Source: Candidatus Latescibacterota bacterium (GTDB lineage: Bacteria; Latescibacterota; UBA2968; GCA-2709665). Taken from it: a DNA stretch of 64,000 nt. The stretch is from positions 3,840,001 through 3,904,000 of the forward strand of contig OZ252100.1 of NCBI GenBank assembly GCA_965248435.1. The letters run 5' to 3'. Below are positions 29,480-36,557 of this stretch, piece by piece; the stretch's first letter is position 1; each line of letters begins with the position of its first letter. The notes under the pieces are model-generated. The model worked only from the letters and a program-made list of their open reading frames with translations. It was not told the DNA's origin and searched no databases. The translations under genes and the position numbers were made by a program.

Positions 29480-29622
29480 ATTTAACACGAGCACCCCCGG
29501 CTTCGGCGCATTCGCCCCTCGCCCAACCTGCCATTTCACTGTCACGGCGCTTGCTTAAGAAAACCGTGGGTGGCAAGCGCCGCGCCAGCTTGGAAGGTTC
29601 GCAGCCCGCGAGAACGTTAGCC
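29480..29622 (+). repeat. attC-like site A16 (chimeric)
   Basis: Left arm gcacccccg, right arm cgcagcccg. Confidence 0.88.
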
Positions 29623-29716
29623 GAAATTCCTTACCCCACCCCGTCTGTGAAGGCACGCAGATTCGTAACCACAGTCGATCGGAGACCGTTTCGACCGGTG
29701 GGACGGAGATCTTATC

Positions 29717-30166
29717 TTGAGATACGGAATGAGTGCCGCGGCCGTGATCGTCCAACACAATCGAGTGCTGCTGGTCCATCATTCTAAGCGGGGCGAGTTT
29801 GACTTCTGGTTGCCCCCCGGCGGCGGCCTTGAAGGACAGGAGTCTATCTTTGACTGCGCCTCGCGAGAGGCACTGGAAGAAACGAGTCTTGAGGTTGAGT
29901 TAGACAGAATTATCTACATTCAAGAATTTGTCGAATCTGACTATCACTTCTGCAAGTTTTTCATCCTGTGCCGAAGTTACAATGGCACCATTTCTCTCAA
30001 GAACAAAACAGCCGAGGAGGATTTCCTGGTAGACGCTCGTTTCTTCTCTGAGAGTGACCTAAGCAGCATGGATGTCAGGCCAGATATACTGAAGGAACAA
30101 TTCTGGTCAGATCTTCGGGCGGGCTTTCCAAAAACGAGATATCTCGGGTTGCACACGATAGGTTAA
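29717..30166 (+). CDS. Cassette 17: NUDIX hydrolase
   Basis: PGGGLEGQESIFDCASREALEET. Confidence 0.9.
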   Translation: MRYGMSAAAVIVQHNRVLLVHHSKRGEFDFWLPPGGGLEGQESIFDCASREALEETSLEVELDRIIYIQEFVESDYHFCKFFILCRSYNGTISLKNKTAEEDFLVDARFFSESDLSSMDVRPDILKEQFWSDLRAGFPKTRYLGLHTIG

Positions 30167-30243
30167 AGACGCAAATGCTTTGACGCGTGCTTGAGGGCTG
30201 CCCTCAATGGAAATACCGAGGGGGGCAGTTCTTCAAGAACTTC

Positions 30244-30340
30244 GGCTAACACGTCTACTTGCGCTACGGCGCATTCGCGCCTTGGCCTCCGGCAACCCGC
30301 CTGACGGCGGGTTCGCAAGTGGCGAGAACGAACGTTATAC
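30244..30340 (+). repeat. attC-like site A17
   Basis: GGCTAAC, acttgcg/cgcaagt, duplicated gaac, then GTTATAC. Confidence 0.88.
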
Positions 30341-30369
30341 CACATTAGTCAGGACAGAAAGGCAACAGA

Positions 30370-30828
30370 ATGAAGGATTGCATGACCTGCGAACTGACGG
30401 AGAGACGCAGGCTGGGCCAAGCTCCACTTTGGGACTGCATCTATCGCACTCAGTTTTGGGATGTGGCGCATGCTTACAATACCGCATTGCCTGGCTGGCT
30501 TGTGTTGATTGTTCAGAGACATATAGAAGCGATCGATGAACTGACTGAGCAGGAAGCCGTTGAGTTGGGGGGCTTGATTCGCCGGGTTTCTTTGGCGCTA
30601 AAAAAGATCACTGGATGTGCGAAAACATACGTGATCCAATTTGCCGAGCATAAAAATCATCCGCATGTGCACTTCCATATTGTGCCACGTATGTCTGATC
30701 AGCCCGAGGACCGACGAAGCACAAAGATCTTTGCCTATCTGGGCGTCTCTCAAGAGGAAAGTGTGAGTGAACATCAGATGAATGACATTGCCACCAAGAT
30801 TCAGAGCATTCTGTTGTCAAATGATTGA
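30370..30828 (+). CDS. Cassette 18: HIT-family hydrolase
   Basis: CxxC at the N-terminus; HVHFHIVPR. Confidence 0.9.
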   Translation: MKDCMTCELTERRRLGQAPLWDCIYRTQFWDVAHAYNTALPGWLVLIVQRHIEAIDELTEQEAVELGGLIRRVSLALKKITGCAKTYVIQFAEHKNHPHVHFHIVPRMSDQPEDRRSTKIFAYLGVSQEESVSEHQMNDIATKIQSILLSND

Positions 30829-30845
30829 AAGTCTAAACTCACGTC

Positions 30846-30988
30846 GTATAACACGGCACCCCCGGCTCAGCGCCTGACGGCGCTTCGACCCAACCCGCGC
30901 TCGCGGTCACGGCGCTCGCCTTAAAGACAAAAGCCGGGGCAACCTCCGCGCCCGCTCCGCAGGTTCGGGCGTGCCGAGAACGTTACAC
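30846..30988 (+). repeat. attC-like site A18
   Basis: GTATAAC, cggcac/gtgccg, GTTACAC. Confidence 0.9.
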
Positions 30989-31102
30989 GCAACCGGCCCC
31001 TAGCAAGGCAGGGCGGCGCGTCCTGCGCCGCCAAACACAAAGGTTGCAAAAACCGACAAAATTGGCGTCTATTAGAGAGATAATAGGTAAGGATCTTGAA
31101 TA

Positions 31103-31342
31103 ATGCCGACGGTATTGAGGGAAGGTCCCTATCGATTCTTTTTCGTATCACTCGACCGAGAAGAACCCGCGCATATTCACATACGGCGGGAGAACATGGT
31201 AGCAAAGTTTTGGCTTGATCCTATGGCGCTGGAAAGGGCTGGTGGATTCAGAGCTTCCGAACTGAACCGGATCGCCCAGCTTGTTCAAGAGCATCGAGAA
31301 CACTTCTTGGAGCAATGGCATGGCTTCTTCGCAGAAGAGTAA
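31103..31342 (+). CDS. Cassette 19a: DUF4160 protein (putative toxin-antitoxin component)
   Basis: MPTVLREGPYRFFF..EPAHIHI..AKFWLDP..W..FF. Confidence 0.85.
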   Translation: MPTVLREGPYRFFFVSLDREEPAHIHIRRENMVAKFWLDPMALERAGGFRASELNRIAQLVQEHREHFLEQWHGFFAEE

Positions 31343-31637
31343 GTCTGAAGCAAGAGCGCAAGAGGTGACACTCACTGACGAAGTGTTGAGCATTAGCCTC
31401 GTGGACGGTCGTTCCGTCAGTGTGCCGCTTTCGTGGTATCCTCGTCTGTGGTACGGCAGTGAGGAAGAACGCAAGAACTTCGAACTATTTGGAGATGGAT
31501 CGTACATTCACTGGCCTGATCTCGACGAAGATCTCACAGTTGAAGGTATCCTCGAAGGAAAGCGATCGGCCGAAGGTCCCAGCTCGCTGAAGAAATGGCT
31601 CGAGACAAGAGAAGGAAAATCCAAACCCACAGCTTGA
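31320..31637 (+). CDS. Cassette 19b: DUF2442 protein (putative toxin-antitoxin partner)
   Basis: LVDGRSVSVPLSWYPRL..IHWPDLDEDLTVEGIL; overlaps 19a. Confidence 0.85.
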   Translation: MASSQKSKSEARAQEVTLTDEVLSISLVDGRSVSVPLSWYPRLWYGSEEERKNFELFGDGSYIHWPDLDEDLTVEGILEGKRSAEGPSSLKKWLETREGKSKPTA

Positions 31638-31712
31638 GGATACATCCAACTGAGTTGTGCGTACGCGGCCTTGCCATCCCCGGCAAGGCCGCAACTACAA
31701 GGTCCCGGCAGC

Positions 31713-31852
31713 GTGTAACACGACGGGCTGCGGCTCGGGGCATTCGCCCCTCGCGCAACCTGCCTTATCGCGGTCACGGTGCTTGCCGATGAAAGGCGGG
31801 TTGCAACCGCCGCGCCCGCTCGGCAGGTTCGTGGGTGCCGAGACCGTTACCT
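31713..31852 (+). repeat. attC-like site A19 (chimeric; last intact site)
   Basis: Left arm cgggctgcg, right arm cgtgggtgccg, GTTACCT. Confidence 0.88.
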
Positions 31853-32064
31853 GCCATGCAGGTTTTTGAGTTTCCGGTTTCAATAGAAGGGGCAAACCAA
31901 ACAACAGCTCAGGGGCTTCTGACGAGGCCCCTTGTTTGTCAGGTTGATAGGTACTTGGCGCGCGCGCGGCAGCGCGCCCGACTGACACCTCGTTTCAGTC
32001 TGAGCCCAGCCTGGCGATGAATCTTTCACATCGCTGGGGGAATTCCACGCGAAGCGAGAAGCGA

Positions 32065-32997
32065 ATGGATCGAACCACGCTTGGCAGAACGGGCCTCGAG
32101 GTCAGCGTCGCGGGAATCGGCGGCGGAGGTTCGAGCCGGATCGGCAAGAGAACCGGGAAGACGGACCGGGAGTCGGCCGACATCGTCCTGAGGGCGTTCG
32201 AGGCCGGCGTCAACTTCATCGACACGTCTGAGGGATACGGTACCGAACCGATCATCCGGCTGGCTCTCGAGGACATCCCACGCGACCAGCTGATCATCTC
32301 GACCAAGAAAAGCTCGAAGGGTCGAACAGCCGACTCTGTCGTCACAAGCTGCGAAGAGAGCCTGGAGCGGCTCGGGACCGACACCATCGACGTCTACAGC
32401 CTCCACAGCGTCTTCCCCGACGACTACGCGCGATGCCGCGAAGAGCTCTACCCAGGGCTGGTCAAACTGCAGGAAGCGGGCAAGATCCGGTACATCGGCA
32501 TCACGGAGATCTTCAACTCGGACAAGGCGCACGACATGCTGAAAGCCGCCCTCGCCGACGACCTGTGGGACGTCGCCATGGTCGGGTTCAACATCCTGAA
32601 CCAGACCGCGCGGGACGCTGTTTTCGCGAGGGCGATCGAACAGGACGTCGGGATTCAGGTGATGTTCGCCGTTCGCAAAGCAATGAGCGACCCCGCGTTC
32701 CTCGTCGAGGTAGTCGGCGGGCTGATCGAGGCCGGTCAGCTGGATGCGGGCGATCTGGACGACGTCGGCCATCCGCTCGACTTCCTCGTCCACGAGACCG
32801 GCGCGGTCAGCATTCCCGACGCAGCCTACCGCTTCTGCCGATACGAGCCCGGCACCCACGTCATTCTGTCCGGAACCGGCAATCCCGATCACCTGCAGGA
32901 AAACATCGCGAGCTTCGAGCGCCCACCGCTTCCCCAGGCCGACGTCGACCGCCTGAAGCGCATCTTCCGCAACGTCGATTCCATCACCGGTCAGTAG
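32065..32997 (+). CDS. Aldo/keto reductase
   Basis: LGRTGLEVS, GVNFIDTSEGYG, SLERLGTDTIDVYSLH, GKIRYIG. Confidence 0.92.
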   Translation: MDRTTLGRTGLEVSVAGIGGGGSSRIGKRTGKTDRESADIVLRAFEAGVNFIDTSEGYGTEPIIRLALEDIPRDQLIISTKKSSKGRTADSVVTSCEESLERLGTDTIDVYSLHSVFPDDYARCREELYPGLVKLQEAGKIRYIGITEIFNSDKAHDMLKAALADDLWDVAMVGFNILNQTARDAVFARAIEQDVGIQVMFAVRKAMSDPAFLVEVVGGLIEAGQLDAGDLDDVGHPLDFLVHETGAVSIPDAAYRFCRYEPGTHVILSGTGNPDHLQENIASFERPPLPQADVDRLKRIFRNVDSITGQ

Positions 32998-33039
32998 GTG
33001 ACCGCTCGATTCGAATTCGCGGTCGTGGGGTGGGGATGC

Positions 33040-33104
33040 TCTCGGCGCATTTTGTTTTCTGAGGCCACGGCCATTTCGGGTGCCCGCAGAACGTTAGCCG
33101 AAAG
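33040..33104 (+). repeat. Degenerate right half of an attC-like site
   Basis: ttcgggtgcccgcagaacGTTAGCCGAAAG; no left AAC arm found. Confidence 0.55.
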
Positions 33105-33193
33105 TTGCTGATTCGAATATGAGATAATCCGGACTTCGGAGTGATAATGGATTCTACATAGTTATACACTCCGTGAACCCTGGAGCTCACCCA

Positions 33194-34165
33194 ATGAACA
33201 CGTTGGCCATTCCCAACACCGACCTGCATGCATCGATGCTCTGTTTCGGCACGGAAAGCATCGGCGCCAAAAGCACCGAGTCCGAAGCCCACGCGCTGCT
33301 CGACACCTTTGTCACACACGGCGGCAATTTCATCGATACCGCACGCATCTACTCCAACTGGTTCCCCGGAGAATTAAACTGCAGCGAACGCATCATCGGC
33401 GACTGGCTCGCCAACCGCCGTGATCGCGATCGGCTCATCATCGCCACCAAGGGAGGACATTTCGACCTCAAAGACAGAATCCCGCGCCTATCAACCCGGG
33501 AACTCGAACTCGATCTAGCAGGCAGCCTGGCCAAACTGCAAACCGACTGTATCGACCTCTACTGGCTCCATCGTGACGATCCCAACCGAACCGTTGCCGA
33601 ACTGCTTGAGACGCTCCATACATTCCAACAAGCCGGCAAAATTCGCCACTACGCCTGCTCCAACTGGCATCCGGATCGCATTTCCCAGGCTATCGCGTAC
33701 GCCCGGGAAAAAGGCTACACCGGATTTGTCGCTAACCAAATGCGCTGGAGCATCGGCAGCCCAAACATGCGTCCATCCAGTGATCCCACCGTATTCGCCA
33801 TGGACGAACCGACCTACGACCTTCACGTTCAGACCGGCCTGGCAGCCGTCCCCTATTCCTCTCAAGCAGGCGGCTTTTTCACCAAGTTCAGTGATGATCC
33901 CAACATCCAGAGCGGCTACGCAACGCGCGCCAACCGGGCCCTACACCACAGTCTCCAGGCCCTATCCCAGAAGCTCAACTTAACCATCGGTCAGCTTGTC
34001 CTGGCCTATCTTTGGTCCCATCCGTTTCCCGTCATCCCCATCATCGGCTGCAGGAACGTCGAGCAACTCGAAGATTCCCTCAAAGCCCTCGGTCACCGCC
34101 TGCCAGACGATGTCGTGAAGCAACTTACAGAAAAACACAACCTGCCATTCGTGCAAGAACTATGA
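33194..34165 (+). CDS. Aldo/keto reductase
   Basis: GGNFIDTARIY, IATKGGH, IDLYWLHRDD. Confidence 0.92.
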   Translation: MNTLAIPNTDLHASMLCFGTESIGAKSTESEAHALLDTFVTHGGNFIDTARIYSNWFPGELNCSERIIGDWLANRRDRDRLIIATKGGHFDLKDRIPRLSTRELELDLAGSLAKLQTDCIDLYWLHRDDPNRTVAELLETLHTFQQAGKIRHYACSNWHPDRISQAIAYAREKGYTGFVANQMRWSIGSPNMRPSSDPTVFAMDEPTYDLHVQTGLAAVPYSSQAGGFFTKFSDDPNIQSGYATRANRALHHSLQALSQKLNLTIGQLVLAYLWSHPFPVIPIIGCRNVEQLEDSLKALGHRLPDDVVKQLTEKHNLPFVQEL

Positions 34166-34238
34166 TTATTTTGCCCGCTGTACCATTGAGGACATACCGG
34201 ATACTAAGTCCGACTCGGGAGGTGAAGGGAGGGAAGAA

Positions 34239-34601
34239 ATGGCGAGAGTAAGGTACATGGTCGACGATCCTGGGGCGTCTGCCGCATTCTACGTCGAGCA
34301 CTTCGGTTTCGTGATCGAGTTGCAAGTCCCCGCGATCTGCATCGTCTCCCGTGGTGACCTGACGCTCCTGCTCAGCGGCCCCAAGTCCTCGGGACGCCGC
34401 TCGATGCCCGACGGACAGGAGACGGAGCCTGGCGGTTGGAACCGCATCCTCATCGACGTCGATGACCTGGATGCCGAGGTCGAAAGAATCAGACGGGCCG
34501 GAGTCCAGCTCCGAAACGAGATAATCGGCGGCCCTGGTGGCAGGCAGATCCTCGCCGAAGACCCTGATGGCAACCCGATCGAGCTGTTCGAGCCTGCGTG
34601 A
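34239..34601 (+). CDS. VOC/glyoxalase family protein
   Basis: VRYMVDD..FY..GF; GPGGRQILAEDPDGNPIELFEP. Confidence 0.9.
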   Translation: MARVRYMVDDPGASAAFYVEHFGFVIELQVPAICIVSRGDLTLLLSGPKSSGRRSMPDGQETEPGGWNRILIDVDDLDAEVERIRRAGVQLRNEIIGGPGGRQILAEDPDGNPIELFEPA

Positions 34602-34834
34602 GTCTTCTGAAGGTAATTCCTAGAGTGTGGGGCAGATCGCAGCCCTGACGGAATTTCAGGAACGATTCTTTAGAGCTCAGGACATCGCTTTGAGCGGATA
34701 AGCCTGTCTGGCAGCCTCGCACAGCGCCGGTCCCGTCTCTGACGCCCGGAAATCCTGCTGGACTTTTCGGGGACGCCGCCTTATCCATACCCTGCCTTCC
34801 ACTCTACCGGTCTACCGCTTCACGGAGGAACACT

Positions 34835-35353
34835 ATGGATTGGGAAATCAAGAAACGGGGACGCGTGACCTACTACCGCAAGAAGACCAACGAGGTCTTC
34901 TCGGACCTGGTCGTGGAGGAACTGGACAACGGGGACATAAAGATCCGGTTCGTGGGCATGTCGGGTGCGCTGGCTGCCACCAACGAACTCGGTCTCGGCG
35001 ATGTTGCGAGCATGGACCCCACGAATGAGATCCCGCGCTTGTTCGACACCTGGGATTTCTACGTTCGCGAGGCGGGGATTTGCGGCGGGCTATCCGACCT
35101 CGACTTCCTGGAGGTCCACTCCTTCGGAGCTGCACCCAAGCAGCCGAATCCCATCGTGGATCCTGAAGGCTATCTGCAGGAGAAGAGGCGCATCCGTCAG
35201 GCCTATCGCGAAGCATACGCGAAGTACTGGAAGGAGAAGCTTCCGGAGAACGGGTTGCCTGCGCGGTTTACGGTCTATCTTGAGGAACTCCCAGACACGG
35301 AGGCCAGCTACGAGCTGTGTGCGACGGCCTTGTTGCAGAAATCGCTTCAGTAA
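34835..35353 (+). CDS. Hypothetical protein
   Basis: GGAGGA RBS; GC3-rich codon usage. Confidence 0.65.
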   Translation: MDWEIKKRGRVTYYRKKTNEVFSDLVVEELDNGDIKIRFVGMSGALAATNELGLGDVASMDPTNEIPRLFDTWDFYVREAGICGGLSDLDFLEVHSFGAAPKQPNPIVDPEGYLQEKRRIRQAYREAYAKYWKEKLPENGLPARFTVYLEELPDTEASYELCATALLQKSLQ

Positions 35354-35428
35354 CTGCTTTTCAGTTAGCGGTGGTCAGCCGAACTTGGATTCGGCGGGTT
35401 CAGCGATTCTACAGGAGACACAGTTGCG

Positions 35429-36514
35429 ATGAACGAACGGCTGATCGTTGCCCGGGGTGACGCATTCGAACGAGGGCGCGTTATCGGCGAAAGAACCGTA
35501 GAGCGCATCCGCAAGGTGTTGCGAGCGCAGCAGCAGGCCGACGTCGACAAGGATGGACTGACCCTGCACGACTGGTTGCGACAAGCGGAGGCATTCATGC
35601 CTTACATCCGGGAGCATGCCGCCGATACGTTGACCGAGATGGAAGGAGTCGCAGCCGGATCGGGATTAGCTTTCGACGACATCCTGTTGTTGGCCTGTGT
35701 CTACGAGAAACACATGGGGAAAGGCGCGAAACACTGCACCGCCTTCGCGGCTGCGGGGACGGCAACCGCGACCGGCGAGCTCATCTGCGGGCAGAATAAC
35801 GACGAGGCCGTCGAGCCCTGGGTCGGGGGAGCCATGGATGTAGTCGTCCACCACATAGACGAGTCAGGCCATGAGGCTTTGCTTTACACCCACCCGGGGA
35901 TCCCGGCCTACATGGGCATGAACTCAGCGGGACTCTGCGTCACGTGGATGTATATCGATAACGGGGAACGCGGACCCGGTGTGCCAACCTGCGTCCTGAT
36001 CAGAGAGCTGCTGCGCCACGCGACCCTCGATGACGCCGTTGCCTACCTGGAGGCGACGCCGCGTGCGGTACCTAACGACTTCCTACTGGCGCACCGCACA
36101 GATGGAATCTGCAACGTCGAGTTCTCGCCGCGTCAGTTCCGACCGGCACGCGATGATCTTGTACTCTGCCACGCCAACCACATCCTCGACCCATCCATGG
36201 CTGTCGATGACGTGAGCCGGGGGGACGAGAAAGGCACCACAAGGTCGCGGTTCGACTGCATGTCCAGGCTAGTTGAGGAGCATCGTGGTCGGATAGATGT
36301 TGCCGTTGGACTGCAGATATTGTCCGATCACGGCAACGCACCGGGGTCGATATGTTGTCATCCCCGTGAAGAGACAGACCGCCCTAGCAAAACCCTAGCC
36401 AGCATGGTCTTCCAACCTGCCACAGGAACCATGCACATCGCCTTCGGCAACGGCTGCGAGACGCCGGCGAAACGATTTACATTCGCGACTCGGACCTCCG
36501 CATCTGTCGTTTAG
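35429..36514 (+). CDS. C45 (AAT) autoproteolytic acyltransferase/hydrolase
   Basis: EMEGVAAG, HCTAF nucleophile, GQNND, GMNSAGL, HANH. Confidence 0.88.
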   Translation: MNERLIVARGDAFERGRVIGERTVERIRKVLRAQQQADVDKDGLTLHDWLRQAEAFMPYIREHAADTLTEMEGVAAGSGLAFDDILLLACVYEKHMGKGAKHCTAFAAAGTATATGELICGQNNDEAVEPWVGGAMDVVVHHIDESGHEALLYTHPGIPAYMGMNSAGLCVTWMYIDNGERGPGVPTCVLIRELLRHATLDDAVAYLEATPRAVPNDFLLAHRTDGICNVEFSPRQFRPARDDLVLCHANHILDPSMAVDDVSRGDEKGTTRSRFDCMSRLVEEHRGRIDVAVGLQILSDHGNAPGSICCHPREETDRPSKTLASMVFQPATGTMHIAFGNGCETPAKRFTFATRTSASVV

Positions 36515-36557
36515 ACGAATTCATGGCCATGAGAATGGACGAAGAGGGAGCCCGACT

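Larger units (their letters stand above)
12274..31852 (+). mobile_element. Integron-like gene cassette array: 19 cassettes and 20 attC-like sites
   Basis: Unrelated co-oriented ORFs, each followed by a 75-145 bp GC-rich palindromic repeat running AAC...GTT. Confidence 0.93.

Noticed and set aside
12274-31852. Array repeats as CRISPR, terminators or plain REP elements
   Set aside because: Spacers are whole genes, sites have no U-tract, and AAC/GTT cores pair with cassette-specific ends.
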